A DNA stretch of 64,000 bases from Spirochaetia bacterium (GTDB taxonomy: Bacteria > Spirochaetota > Spirochaetia > UBA9216): NCBI GenBank assembly GCA_963675665.1, contig OY776510.1, positions 3,840,001 through 3,904,000 of the forward strand. The letters run 5' to 3'. Every line of letters begins with the position of its first letter. Within the stretch, counting starts at the first letter, position 1. The notes beneath the pieces were generated by a model that searched no databases, was not told the DNA's origin, and saw only the letters and a program-made list of their open reading frames with translations. The position numbers were made by a program, and so were the translations under genes. Positions 10,823 through 21,119 of the stretch are shown here, in pieces.

Positions 10823-11074
10823 ATGGAATTTATTGAACTGAAAAATATTGTCAGAAAAGACTCCCCTATTCATTATATCAATGAATATCATGGATTGCTT
10901 GTTTTTAATAACGAAAACGGTATCAAGGAACACATGATAGAAATTATTCTGGAAAAAACGGCCCTCGGTTTAACCAACATTCAGCTTCATTTTACAGATA
11001 AAGATTTACTTGCCAATATTGAAGAACTTAGAAACTTTATTGATGAAAAAAACAAACAGGGTTACTTTGAATAG
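10823..11074 (+). CDS. Small conserved hypothetical protein
   Basis: GGAG RBS; in operon directly before tsaE. Confidence 0.7.
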   Translation: MEFIELKNIVRKDSPIHYINEYHGLLVFNNENGIKEHMIEIILEKTALGLTNIQLHFTDKDLLANIEELRNFIDEKNKQGYFE

Positions 11075-11495
11075 CAGTATATCCAGCTTTTCTGCAGTTG
11101 ATACAATAAAAATCGGAGCTGAACTTTCAGAAAAAATCAAACCCGGAGCTGTTGTAGCATTAACAGGCAGCCTTGGTGCCGGTAAAACAACCTTTGTAAA
11201 AGGTGTTGCATCAGGTTTAGGCATTAAATCAGAAATAACCAGCCCCAGCTTTACAATTATCAAGGAATATTATGAAGGCCGTATTCCCCTTTATCATATG
11301 GATTTGTACAGAATCGATAATTATGAAGAACTTTACATGATCGGCTTTGAAGAATTGATTTACGGCGTCGGGTTGTCTATAATTGAATGGAGTGAAAAAG
11401 CAGAAGAATTGCTTCCGTCTGAAAGAATCGATGTAGATATTGCAATAAATATTGACGGAAGCCGGCAAATAACTACCAGGGGGCTTTACTTTTGA
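11067..11495 (+). CDS. tsaE: tRNA threonylcarbamoyladenosine biosynthesis ATPase TsaE
   Basis: GSLGAGKTT, SPSFTII, HMDLYR, IIEWSE; TTG start at 11067 is inferred. Confidence 0.93.
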   Translation: MNSSISSFSAVDTIKIGAELSEKIKPGAVVALTGSLGAGKTTFVKGVASGLGIKSEITSPSFTIIKEYYEGRIPLYHMDLYRIDNYEELYMIGFEELIYGVGLSIIEWSEKAEELLPSERIDVDIAINIDGSRQITTRGLYF

Positions 11496-12163
11496 ATATT
11501 CTTGCTTTCGATACATCAGGAGTTTTTCTCAGCGTTTGTGTTAAAACTGAAAAATATTTTTTTGAAGAAACCAGATACGCCGGCATGAAACATTCCGAGC
11601 ACCTTCTGCCTGTAATTAATCATCTTATGGAGCAGTCTAATCTGACATTCGATAATCTCGATTTGATTGTTTGTTCCAAAGGCCCGGGTTCATTTACAGG
11701 CCTCAGAATCGGAATGTCCACTGCCAAGGGCATTTCCACCGGCTGTAATGCGCCTTTGGTTTCTGTCAACACACTTGATGCCATGGCACACAAGCTTGAT
11801 TTTTTCGACGGTGCTGTCGTTCCTGTTATTGATGCAAGAAAAAACCGTTTTTATACTGCTGTATATGTTAACGGAAATCTTGAATCTGATTATCTTGATG
11901 TTTCCGTTGAAACTCTTTCTTTACTGCTGAACAAAAGGAATAAAGTTCTTTTTGCAGGTACCGACTGTGCAATGCTTGAATCATTACTGGCAGACATGGA
12001 ACCGGCTGCTGAATTCGATTATTTTTTTTATCATTCATTATCAGGACTTTCATCAACTTTTGCTGAAACAGGACAAAAGCTTTTTGAAGCCAACGGACCT
12101 GATCCTGATGATGCAGGGCCGTTGTATATAAGGTTAAGTGACGCGGAATTATCAAGACTATGA
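11492..12163 (+). CDS. tsaB: tRNA threonylcarbamoyladenosine biosynthesis protein TsaB
   Basis: ILAFDTS, GPGSFTGLRIG, IDARK, C-terminal PLYIR. Confidence 0.95.
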   Translation: MNILAFDTSGVFLSVCVKTEKYFFEETRYAGMKHSEHLLPVINHLMEQSNLTFDNLDLIVCSKGPGSFTGLRIGMSTAKGISTGCNAPLVSVNTLDAMAHKLDFFDGAVVPVIDARKNRFYTAVYVNGNLESDYLDVSVETLSLLLNKRNKVLFAGTDCAMLESLLADMEPAAEFDYFFYHSLSGLSSTFAETGQKLFEANGPDPDDAGPLYIRLSDAELSRL

Positions 12164-13203
12164 ATGACTGTATAAAACAGATGTTTGTACTTTACAAACA
12201 ATCACAAATCCCGGTTGTTATTTTTTCTGATGAAATGGAAATAATCTGGAACAATACTCCTTTCGGAAAATATTTCGGTAAAACATCTCTCGAAGGAGAG
12301 AATCTCTCGGCTCTTACCAAAACAGCCTTAAGAAAAAAACTTCTTTCATCGCAGGGCTTTTCCATAAGACTTCAGGCAACTATCAGCCCGGCTGATTATA
12401 TATCATCAATAATTGTACTGCTTATCTTCCCGCTTGATATATCAAATTCCGCGCCTACTGCCTTTATCGGTTATATTGATGATATTACAAGCGAGCGCAA
12501 TATGATGCTCAGAAAAACCTATATGGGTCTTCTTGAAGCATCAAAGCTGAAGGACGACGATACGGGCAACCATATTAAACGCGTGGGAGCTTATGCAAGA
12601 AGACTCAGTGAAGAATGCTATAAACGCGGCGGCTATCCTCAAATAAATCCTGATTTTATAGACAAAATTCATTTTCTTGCACCGATGCATGATGTAGGTA
12701 AAATAGGTACTCCCGACGAAATTCTTACAAAGCGCGGCTCTCTTGATGAAACTGAATGGGCAATTATGAAACAGCATACTATAAACGGAGCCCTTATTCT
12801 TTCAAATTATCCCGATAAAATGGCTTCTGAAATCGCCAGAGCACACCATGAGAGGTGGGACGGCAGCGGTTATCTTTTTGGTCTGGAAGGCGAAGACATT
12901 CCTTTGGCGGCAAGAATTACCACAATTGCCGATGTATATGATGCTCTGCGAATGAAACGCAGTTATAAAGACGCCTTTTCCCATGAAAAAGCTATTGAAA
13001 TCATTAAATCTGACAGCGGCAAACTGTTTGATCCTGCTCTTGCAGATATATTCTTTTCTATAAATGAATCATTTCTGAATATCTATAATGCGCTTTCGGA
13101 TGAACCCGATAAATCAGGCTCAACGGTTATTGAAGATCTGCCTGTTTATATGGAAGATGCATTTGACGATCTGGAAGAAATTGAGGAGCTCGAAGAACTT
13201 TAA
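12160..13203 (+). CDS. PAS-like + HD-GYP c-di-GMP phosphodiesterase
   Basis: TGNHIKRV, HDVGKIG, HHERWDGSGYL, IADVYDAL. Confidence 0.9.
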   Translation: MNDCIKQMFVLYKQSQIPVVIFSDEMEIIWNNTPFGKYFGKTSLEGENLSALTKTALRKKLLSSQGFSIRLQATISPADYISSIIVLLIFPLDISNSAPTAFIGYIDDITSERNMMLRKTYMGLLEASKLKDDDTGNHIKRVGAYARRLSEECYKRGGYPQINPDFIDKIHFLAPMHDVGKIGTPDEILTKRGSLDETEWAIMKQHTINGALILSNYPDKMASEIARAHHERWDGSGYLFGLEGEDIPLAARITTIADVYDALRMKRSYKDAFSHEKAIEIIKSDSGKLFDPALADIFFSINESFLNIYNALSDEPDKSGSTVIEDLPVYMEDAFDDLEEIEELEEL

Positions 13204-13227
13204 TCAGAGTTCAGAACCCTGATAATA

Positions 13228-13467
13228 TCAATCTTTATCTTTTTGTTCGTTCAGCAGGCTGCCGATAACAGGAAGCTCCGCTTTAGTCATTGCAGCCGCC
13301 CTGTTTTCTTCCTGAATTGCGATATAGACTTCTTTTCTATAAACTTTTATTTCTCTTGGCGCATTAATGCCGAGCTTGACCTGGTCACCTTTTATTTCAA
13401 TTACAGAAACTTCTATACTGTCGCCTATAGTTATGCTTTCATTCAATTTTCTTGTGAGTATCAGCAT
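13228..13467 (-). CDS. csrA: Carbon storage regulator CsrA
   Basis: MLILTRK...[17 protein letters not shown]. Confidence 0.97.
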   Translation of the reverse strand: MLILTRKLNESITIGDSIEVSVIEIKGDQVKLGINAPREIKVYRKEVYIAIQEENRAAAMTKAELPVIGSLLNEQKDKD

Positions 13468-13922
13468 GCCCTTTCCCTGCTGCCTGAAAGTTCTTCAAGA
13501 ATATAATGTCTTGTTTTCCACTTTGGATTCAACGAAATGGACTGACGCCCGGTTTTATTATTTCGGTTAATAATAACGGGGCCCTGCAGATTCGCCGACA
13601 TTTTTTGCTGGTTTTCAGGTACGGTAACAATCGCAAAGATAAGCAAATTTTCATCGTTAATATCTTCCAGTCCTATCTCATCCAGATCAGCGTTCAGAAC
13701 TTCCAGTTTATAATCCTTTCTGAATACAACAGGATTAATAAGCACAAATGCAGTTTCTTTTACATCAAGTGACTGCAACCAGTAAAAAGGCTGCTGCTCC
13801 GCATCAAGAAGTATAAATTCCTTTAAATTCTCAAATCCGAAGATTCCGAATGGGAACTGTATTTTCTGTCTTTCATCAACATCAATAATCCCGTAGGCTT
13901 TAGTATTTACAGTCAGCATCAA
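13461..13922 (-). CDS. fliW: Flagellar assembly factor FliW
   Basis: [24 protein letters not shown]; adjacent to csrA. Confidence 0.95.
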   Translation of the reverse strand: MMLTVNTKAYGIIDVDERQKIQFPFGIFGFENLKEFILLDAEQQPFYWLQSLDVKETAFVLINPVVFRKDYKLEVLNADLDEIGLEDINDENLLIFAIVTVPENQQKMSANLQGPVIINRNNKTGRQSISLNPKWKTRHYILEELSGSRERAC

Positions 13923-15170
13923 TTACCTCAGATAATCCAGCAATGTGGGTTTCAGTACTTTTGCGGCAGTCTGCAAAGTAGCCTGCTGCGTTTTCTCCAT
14001 CATTTTTAATTCTGTTATTGCTTCGGCAAAATCCAGATCAACAGCGTTTGAATTCATCTGCTGGATGTTTGGTATTTCATATGAAATTCTTTCGTATACG
14101 GTCTGAAGCCTGGCATCTTCCGCCCCAAGCCTGGATAACTCCGAAAGCATATTGTTATGGGCCATATCAATACCCTTAAGCGCCATTCCGCCTATATCGA
14201 TAGTATTGCCAGCAAAAAGATTATCCCGCAGATTTATTATTGTGTCAAACAGTGAGCCTCCGGAGACTCTTGCATCGCGGTGAATATTGGCCGGCGGACT
14301 GCCTGCGTTTTCCGAGACAAGCCCGAGGTCTTTTAATACCCTTCCGCCTTCTGCGTCTTCCATCCATATCTGGTGTGGAGTTGTAGTTTTAAGTATAACT
14401 GAATTGGTAACAGGATCCAGCTGGGCCTTTACTGCGATATCCGCCCGGTTAATTTTGGAGATAACGGCATATACGTTATCTCCGGCATTAAGGCTTATTT
14501 CTTCACCGTCAATAAGTATTTTACTGTCGGATAACAGATTATAATTTGTGGAATCAACAGCCGAAAAAATCTGCTGCTGTTCGGCCCAGAAAACCCTGTT
14601 CCCGGGAAAATCAACATTTACATAACTGTTTTCAGAAACTTCCGCTTTCTGGTTATTAACCGTTCCGACATAATCAACCGATGTTATCCTCTTGCCCGAG
14701 ACTCCCGGCACCATTCCCGAGTCTGCCCTGAATGCAAGGCCCTTGTTCTTGTCGCCCGCAAATATGGTTACACCGCTTCCGTTTTCAGCATTTGCAACAG
14801 CAACAAGTTCATTAAGCAGCTGGTCCACCTCTTCAGCCATATAGGCCTTATCCTGCTTTGAATATGTGTCGTTTGCACCCTGGACGGCAAGCTCGCGTAC
14901 TCTCAGGATTATATCGTTCGCACTTGTAATATAACCTTCTGCAATTCTGTGGTCGCTCTGTATTGTTTCAATGTTCTCAGAAAATCTTGTCAGTCTTGTT
15001 ATCTTCGACTGAAACCTTGTGGAATGCGCTGCAGCCAGCGGGTCGTCCCTTAATTCCTTAACTCTGGTCTGCGAGGCTATTTTCGACTGCAAATCGCCCA
15101 TTTTCCATTCCTGAAGACGCATCCTGTACTGATAATCATCGTTCGGCATGTATGTGCTTATACGTTTCAT
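13923..15170 (-). CDS. flgL: Flagellar hook-associated protein 3 FlgL
   Basis: MKRIST start, DDPLAAA, flagellin-like ends (TLLDYLR). Confidence 0.95.
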   Translation of the reverse strand: MKRISTYMPNDDYQYRMRLQEWKMGDLQSKIASQTRVKELRDDPLAAAHSTRFQSKITRLTRFSENIETIQSDHRIAEGYITSANDIILRVRELAVQGANDTYSKQDKAYMAEEVDQLLNELVAVANAENGSGVTIFAGDKNKGLAFRADSGMVPGVSGKRITSVDYVGTVNNQKAEVSENSYVNVDFPGNRVFWAEQQQIFSAVDSTNYNLLSDSKILIDGEEISLNAGDNVYAVISKINRADIAVKAQLDPVTNSVILKTTTPHQIWMEDAEGGRVLKDLGLVSENAGSPPANIHRDARVSGGSLFDTIINLRDNLFAGNTIDIGGMALKGIDMAHNNMLSELSRLGAEDARLQTVYERISYEIPNIQQMNSNAVDLDFAEAITELKMMEKTQQATLQTAAKVLKPTLLDYLR

Positions 15171-15174
15171 TTAA

Positions 15175-17052
15175 CTACGCCCCCATCCTGTTTATTATGG
15201 TATCCAGCATTTCATCAAAGGTGTTTACGACACGTGCAGCCGCTGTATAACCATGCTGAAATTTAATCATGTTAGCCAGTTCCTCGTCCATATTTACCCC
15301 GGAAATTGATTCCTGAAGCCCTTTCAGTTCTTTCATTATTATTTCTTCTGTCTCCAGCGCCCGTTCTGCCGTTTCGCCTTTCAATCCGATATCTGCAACT
15401 GTTTTAGCAAAATATTCATCAAACCCGGGAACATCTCCGACCATAACCTGGTTGTTTCGAAGCGCTGCTATTGCAACCGCAGCAGTCCCGTCGCCCGGTT
15501 TTGCCGGTCTTCCGTTTTCCCCGAATCCTGCAGCAACCGCACCCGGATCATTTTTAACCGTATCGCTTACTTCCATATATGCCGAAGGGTGCGATAAAGG
15601 CGCTACGGCATAAAGTGTTTCCGGCCCCTGAAGAGCATTCACTGCATCTGCTGTTTCCCAGTCGTACGCGCCATCCGCGCCAGATTGGGACAGGATTCCT
15701 GCGTAACCGACAAGAAACTGCCCTGAATCTTCCACATGTCTGATAACAAAATCAGGATTTTCCATCAGTGCCGCCGGAGCAGCCTTAAGCGTCAGTTGGC
15801 CAAGCCGGTTCAATCCGGCCGTAACCTCTGAGCCCGAATAATTTATCCTGTCTATAACATCCTGTACCGTATCTGTCGGGAAATATTCCAACGTATTGTT
15901 GCCTTCGGCAGACGACAAGGTGATTGTACCGCTTATGCCTATCTGTTCCTGCGCGCCGAGGCTGTTTGCGCCGTTTATACGGAAAATCCAGCTTGAATCA
16001 TATGCCCCGTCACCGTTTCGGTCGTAATTTCCGGCTAAATTATTTATAAACGGATATTCCTTGAAGAAATCAACCCCTGTGCGACCGTTAAGACCGTAGC
16101 CAGCATTGTGATTTTCATTAACGAGATCAACAAAATTTACGACCATCATATCGAAATTCTGAATTTCCTGCCGCACATCGCCGTCGCGCAGTTGCATAAG
16201 TGAAGCAAGTTTGCCCCCTCCGAACCAGGCCTTTTCACCGCTATCTGCCCATACAACGTCAAGATAACCTTCATTCTGCGGACTCGGCTCGGCCCTGAAA
16301 CCGTTGACAAGTTTTCCCTGCATCAGATGAAGACCACCTGTATGTATTGTAAATTCGTCCGGGTCGCGTCCGTCAGTCGTAATATTGATAATTGAAGACA
16401 AATCCCTTACAAACCTGTCGCGCTGATCATAGAGATCATTCGGATTATCACCTATAGCTTCTATCTTTACTATCTGTTCATTAAGGCTTGAGATTTCATT
16501 AAGAATCGAATTCACACGGTCAACTGTAACCTGCACATCTTCATCGATCATTGTCCTGATTTCTTTCAGCGCTTCAGCTCTATCCTTAATGCCGTCGGCA
16601 AGCGCCCCTCCTCTTTCAATTACAGCCTGGCGGGCCGGCATTTCATCCGGATACAATGAAAGCTCCTGCCAGGAATCCCAGAATTTATCCATCAGGGTCC
16701 GTATCGATGATTCTGTGGGTTCATTGTAGACCTGTTCCACCATCAGAATGTACTTGTCCCGGGCCTCCCACCAACCCTGGTCGTCACCCTGGGCAACTAT
16801 TCTGTTTTCCAGGATCATATCGCGGATACGCTCTACACGGTTTATCTGAACACCCTGACCTAGCTGCCCGGGAGTATTCTCCCTGTTCAAACCGGGCATA
16901 TACAGCGGGTCGACAGCACTCATTTCAACCCTCTGACGCGAATAGCCATCTACCGACGCATTACTTACATTGTGCCCTATTGTAGACAGCCCCTGTGTAT
17001 GAGCTATCAGGCTTCTTTTTCCCATTTCTATTCCGCTGAAGGTAGACTGCAT
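15175..17052 (-). CDS. flgK: Flagellar hook-associated protein 1 FlgK
   Basis: GHNVSNASVDGYSRQRV; SGVNMDEELANMIKFQHGY. Confidence 0.97.
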   Translation of the reverse strand: MQSTFSGIEMGKRSLIAHTQGLSTIGHNVSNASVDGYSRQRVEMSAVDPLYMPGLNRENTPGQLGQGVQINRVERIRDMILENRIVAQGDDQGWWEARDKYILMVEQVYNEPTESSIRTLMDKFWDSWQELSLYPDEMPARQAVIERGGALADGIKDRAEALKEIRTMIDEDVQVTVDRVNSILNEISSLNEQIVKIEAIGDNPNDLYDQRDRFVRDLSSIINITTDGRDPDEFTIHTGGLHLMQGKLVNGFRAEPSPQNEGYLDVVWADSGEKAWFGGGKLASLMQLRDGDVRQEIQNFDMMVVNFVDLVNENHNAGYGLNGRTGVDFFKEYPFINNLAGNYDRNGDGAYDSSWIFRINGANSLGAQEQIGISGTITLSSAEGNNTLEYFPTDTVQDVIDRINYSGSEVTAGLNRLGQLTLKAAPAALMENPDFVIRHVEDSGQFLVGYAGILSQSGADGAYDWETADAVNALQGPETLYAVAPLSHPSAYMEVSDTVKNDPGAVAAGFGENGRPAKPGDGTAAVAIAALRNNQVMVGDVPGFDEYFAKTVADIGLKGETAERALETEEIIMKELKGLQESISGVNMDEELANMIKFQHGYTAAARVVNTFDEMLDTIINRMGA

Positions 17053-17201
17053 TAGTTACTCCTGTAAAATCTGCCATGAAAGACAGTTCCGTATAATTTA
17101 ATTACATGCCAGTAATTAAATTATTCTTACTCCTATAAAAACATCCACCATTGAAGGTGATCAATACTTTTGAAGTTTGTAAACAAACTTCAGTAGTTTA
17201 A

Positions 17202-17702
17202 TTACAGATGACGGCTAAAAACCATCGGGTCCGCCTGAACCGGCTTTGCAATTCCATTGTTTGAATAGATTTTGCCTTTTCTGTGCGGAAAAACTTCATC
17301 CAGCACCAATCGGCTGGTTTCTCCCACTATTCTTACATACTGATCAATTCCTGCGGTTATTCCCTGCATCTTTAACAGGGCTATTTTCATTTTACGGTAA
17401 CCACTCAGACAATTTTCGCGGGTCATGCCTTTCATATGCATTGCAACGGCATAAAAACCGTCTTTCTCGCTCTTGTTCAGTTTAACCTTAAGCTTTTTAT
17501 AAATTTTATCCCTTTCCGCTTCTACCTTTTCCATCTTAACCGACAGCGGATTCAGGCCTTTTATTATTGTTTCCATTTCATCCCAGCTGTTTTTTCGAAG
17601 AGCTTTTTGAAGTTTTTCTTCTTCACAACAAATCTCGTTCAATATTCCGGTTTCTTCTTCCATCAGCCCTGCAAGTTTTTCGCTTAATGTATCAACATTC
17701 AT
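17202..17702 (-). CDS. flgN: Flagellar export chaperone FlgN-like
   Basis: Helical ~166-aa protein upstream of flgK; GAGG RBS before ATG 17702. Confidence 0.7.
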   Translation of the reverse strand: MNVDTLSEKLAGLMEEETGILNEICCEEEKLQKALRKNSWDEMETIIKGLNPLSVKMEKVEAERDKIYKKLKVKLNKSEKDGFYAVAMHMKGMTRENCLSGYRKMKIALLKMQGITAGIDQYVRIVGETSRLVLDEVFPHRKGKIYSNNGIAKPVQADPMVFSRHL

Positions 17703-17722
17703 AAGACTACACCTCATTTCTA

Positions 17723-17749
17723 TGTTCGGAATCTTAAAAAAGTTTTTTA
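17723..17749 (-). promoter_or_regulatory. sigma28 promoter for the flgN-flgKL-fliW-csrA operon
   Basis: Minus strand TAAA-N15-TCCGAACA. Confidence 0.55.
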
Positions 17750-17835
17750 GGAGAATTTTAATAAATTTGATACTATTATAACCTGATAAAAGTTAAGCTT
17801 TTGGGAGGAAGCTTTAATAATTCCAATATTGGGTA

Positions 17836-19314
17836 TTAGAGATTCTCCTTTATCTTTCCGGTATACCCCCCGTCCGGATGCGGAACAAGTTCAAGTGTGT
17901 TTGTTATCTCTTCCATTCTGTAATAAGGATCATGACTCACATAAAGTAATACCGAATGATCATGTTTTATTACCCGCTTTGCCACTGCAAGTACAAAGCC
18001 TGAATTATGATCATCCAGTCCCTGGCATGGTTCATCAAGAATGAGAACCTGCGGTCTTTTAACTATTGCACGTATTATCAGAACAGCCCTTTTCATTCCT
18101 TCGGATAAACTGTCAAACGGCCTCTGAAGATAGTCGGCAACACCGAATTCGGCACACCAGCCCCTGGCTTTTTCGACCTGTACCGGATCGGGACGATCGT
18201 AAAGCCCTATTGTATCAAAGAAACCCGAGATTACTATATTGAATACATTCTGTGTTATTCGGTGTTCCTTCTGCAAAGTTCCTGACACATATCCTATCCT
18301 CTGCTTTATGTCCCAGATGGTCTCGCCGCTTCCGCGTTTTATTCCGAACAGGTATATGTCCTGCCCGTAAGCTTTTGGGCTGTCGCCGTTTACAAGGCTA
18401 AGCAGGCTTGATTTGCCGGAACCGTTTGGCCCGCTTATCTGCCAATGTTCACCGTTTTTAACTGTCCAGTTTATATCTGTAAGGATTTTCTCATCATAAT
18501 AACTCATTCTTACATTATTCATCCGTATAAGTTCACAGTCCTGATTTTCAGCGGACGTAATCCCCAATTCATTGGTCTCAGACTCATCAGAAATCATGCT
18601 AAGCGGGTTATCATTTCCAAGAATCCCGCTGACATCATTTTCAGTCTTGAATTCCAGAAGAGTCATATTATGAAGCAGATATTTTTTCTCTGTTCTTTTT
18701 ATATCATCCAGCCTGCCGGAAACCAGCATAAGGGCTTTTACCCTGCTCTTTATTTCGAGGATCAGGCCTGCCAGCAAGTGTCTTGTTTCAATATCAAGCC
18801 CGGTATACGGATCGTCAAGCACTATGATGTCCGGTTTTGACAGCAGCGCTCGGACAATCATCATTTTCCGGAATTCTCCGGTCGACAGGAATTTTATGCC
18901 CCGATCCATAATATGGTTTATTTCAAATAATTTAACGTAATGTTTTATTTCGTTTAACGGTGCCGACTGATCCATTGTCAGCCTGAGAATATCAGTAACT
19001 GTACGACCGGGATCTGTTTTACCTTCCATGAATTCCGAATCATCATTATGTCGGTCTTCTTCAAGCATCCTTTTTTGTTCAGCTGATGATACTACTGCTG
19101 TTTTCAGTCCGTCCCGTTTTATAATTTCTGCTGAACCGGTTTTTAATGCTCCGCCGATTAACTCCGACAACAGGCTTTTTCCGCTTCCGTTCAAACCGTA
19201 TATACCTGTATAATCTCCGGCCCGGATAACAAGATTGAGGTTTTTCAGTTTTTCCTTTCTCTTTATACTGAGTCCGGCATTTTTAAGCTGCAATAACATT
19301 TGCGGTTTATTCAT
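17836..19314 (-). CDS. modF: ModF-like tandem ABC ATP-binding protein
   Basis: Two ABC domains (GLNGSGKS/LSTGE; GPNGSGKS/LSEG); 'KRGSGETIWDIKQRIGYVS' ModF-like signature; RBS GGGGAG before 19314. Confidence 0.75.
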   Translation of the reverse strand: MNKPQMLLQLKNAGLSIKRKEKLKNLNLVIRAGDYTGIYGLNGSGKSLLSELIGGALKTGSAEIIKRDGLKTAVVSSAEQKRMLEEDRHNDDSEFMEGKTDPGRTVTDILRLTMDQSAPLNEIKHYVKLFEINHIMDRGIKFLSTGEFRKMMIVRALLSKPDIIVLDDPYTGLDIETRHLLAGLILEIKSRVKALMLVSGRLDDIKRTEKKYLLHNMTLLEFKTENDVSGILGNDNPLSMISDESETNELGITSAENQDCELIRMNNVRMSYYDEKILTDINWTVKNGEHWQISGPNGSGKSSLLSLVNGDSPKAYGQDIYLFGIKRGSGETIWDIKQRIGYVSGTLQKEHRITQNVFNIVISGFFDTIGLYDRPDPVQVEKARGWCAEFGVADYLQRPFDSLSEGMKRAVLIIRAIVKRPQVLILDEPCQGLDDHNSGFVLAVAKRVIKHDHSVLLYVSHDPYYRMEEITNTLELVPHPDGGYTGKIKENL

Positions 19315-19347
19315 TACTGAACAATTCTCCCCGTTGATGACAGCATG

Positions 19348-19424
19348 TTGCATATACTGCAAACACTTATAGTAATATTTGCAATAATCGCAAGGTTGAC
19401 ATCAACTGGTTTCAGTTATATCCT
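19348..19424 (+). promoter_or_regulatory. ilvC sigma70 promoter with two IlvY/LysR-like operators
   Basis: TTGCA-N5-TGCAA (19348-19362), TTGCA-N5-CGCAA (19379-19393), TTGACA-N17-TATCCT (19396-19424). Confidence 0.65.
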
Positions 19425-19453
19425 TTCTGTAACCAATATACAAGGATATAAAC

Positions 19454-20920
19454 ATGAATTATTTTAATTCCATACCGTTAAGAGAACAACTTAAACAACT
19501 CGGCACATGTGATTTTCTTGATAAATCCGAATTTTCCGGAGTCGAAAAACTCAAAGGTAAAAAAATCGTAATAGTCGGCTGCGGAGCACAAGGACTTAAC
19601 CAGGGCCTTAACCTTCGCGATTCCGGCCTGGATGTAAGTTATGCCTTGAGAAAGGAAGCCATAGAACAAAAAAGACAGTCATATCTTAATGCAAGCGAAA
19701 ACGGGTTTGCCGTAGGAACCCATGAAGAAATGATCCCCAAAGCCGATCTTGTAGCAAATCTTACTCCGGACAAGCAGCATTCTAATGTAGTCGGAAAAAT
19801 TATGCCTTTAATGAAAAAAGGCGCAGCGCTTTCATACTCACACGGGTTCAACATTGTTGAGGAAGGAATGCAGATTCGCAAAGACATTACCGTTGTAATG
19901 ATTGCGCCGAAATCACCCGGCTCCGAAGTGCGTGAAGAATACAAACGCGGTTTCGGGGTTCCGACGCTTATTGCCGTACACCCCGAGAACGACCCCAACG
20001 GCGACGGAATGGAAATAGCAAAAGCATACTGCTGCGGAACGGGCGGCGACCGCGCGGGAGTTCTCGGCTCTTCATTCGTAGCCGAGGTTAAATCCGACCT
20101 TATGGGTGAGCAGACAATTCTCTGTGGAATGCTTCAGACCGGAAGTCTTCTCTGTTTTGACAAGATGATTGAAGAAGGAGTTGATGCCGGTTACGCTTCA
20201 AAACTTATCCAGTTCGGATGGGAGACAATTACTGAGGCAATGAAGCACGGCGGACTTACAAACATGATGGACAGATTGTCCAACCCGGCCAAGATTAAAG
20301 CGAACGAGCTTTCAAAACAGATGAAAGCTATAATGTCCGATCTTTACCAGAAGCATATGGATGACATCATCTCCGGAGAATTCTCATCCACAATGATGAA
20401 GGACTGGGCCGACGATGATAAGAATCTTCTTGCATGGCGTGAAGAAACAGGCGCATCCGCGTTTGAAACAACACCTGCCGGCAGCATGGAAATCAGCGAA
20501 CAGGAATACTTCGATAACGGCGTTCTTATGGTTGCAATGATTAAAGCTGGCGTTGAACTTGCATTCGAAACAATGACGGCTTCCGGCATCAAGGCCGAAT
20601 CAGCTTACTACGAATCACTTCATGAAACTCCGCTTATTGCAAACCTTATCAGCCGGAAAAAACTTTACGAGATGAACAAGGTTATTTCAGACACAGCTGA
20701 ATACGGATGTTATCTTTTTGCCAATACTTGTGTTCCTCTGCTTTCAGACTTTATGAAAGCCATCAAGTCTGACGTTATAGGAAAACCCTATATGGAAGGC
20801 GAAAACGATGTTGATAATATTGAACTTATCAAGGTCAACGATGAAATCAGAAACCATCCTGTAGAAATTATAGGCCGCACCCTTCGCGGTTATATGACCG
20901 CAATGAAGTCAATTCTGTAA
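19454..20920 (+). CDS. ilvC: Ketol-acid reductoisomerase, long (class II) form
   Basis: [32 protein letters not shown]; 488 aa. Confidence 0.97.
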   Translation: MNYFNSIPLREQLKQLGTCDFLDKSEFSGVEKLKGKKIVIVGCGAQGLNQGLNLRDSGLDVSYALRKEAIEQKRQSYLNASENGFAVGTHEEMIPKADLVANLTPDKQHSNVVGKIMPLMKKGAALSYSHGFNIVEEGMQIRKDITVVMIAPKSPGSEVREEYKRGFGVPTLIAVHPENDPNGDGMEIAKAYCCGTGGDRAGVLGSSFVAEVKSDLMGEQTILCGMLQTGSLLCFDKMIEEGVDAGYASKLIQFGWETITEAMKHGGLTNMMDRLSNPAKIKANELSKQMKAIMSDLYQKHMDDIISGEFSSTMMKDWADDDKNLLAWREETGASAFETTPAGSMEISEQEYFDNGVLMVAMIKAGVELAFETMTASGIKAESAYYESLHETPLIANLISRKKLYEMNKVISDTAEYGCYLFANTCVPLLSDFMKAIKSDVIGKPYMEGENDVDNIELIKVNDEIRNHPVEIIGRTLRGYMTAMKSIL

Positions 20921-20983
20921 GAATTGCCAATCCTATAGGAATTGCCGATTTCATAATCATACGCTATTATAACGCAAAATTCT

Positions 20984-21021
20984 TCCCCGGACGGTTTCAG
21001 CTGTCCGGGGATTTTTAATTT
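20984..21021 (+). terminator. Intrinsic terminator after ilvC
   Basis: TCCCCGGACGG-loop-CTGTCCGGGGA followed by TTTTTAATTT. Confidence 0.8.
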
Positions 21022-21119
21022 ATTCCTGAATTCGTTTTATTCATTCAGACGACCATCTACGCTTCTATTTAAAAAGATTTACTTGATTATAAAGAACATT
21101 ACAGCTACGATACCAAGCA

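Noticed and set aside
17836-19314. Link between the modF-like ATPase and the Tuco operon
   Set aside because: It is 18 kb away with no shared regulatory motif, and ModF has no demonstrated role in Mo transport.
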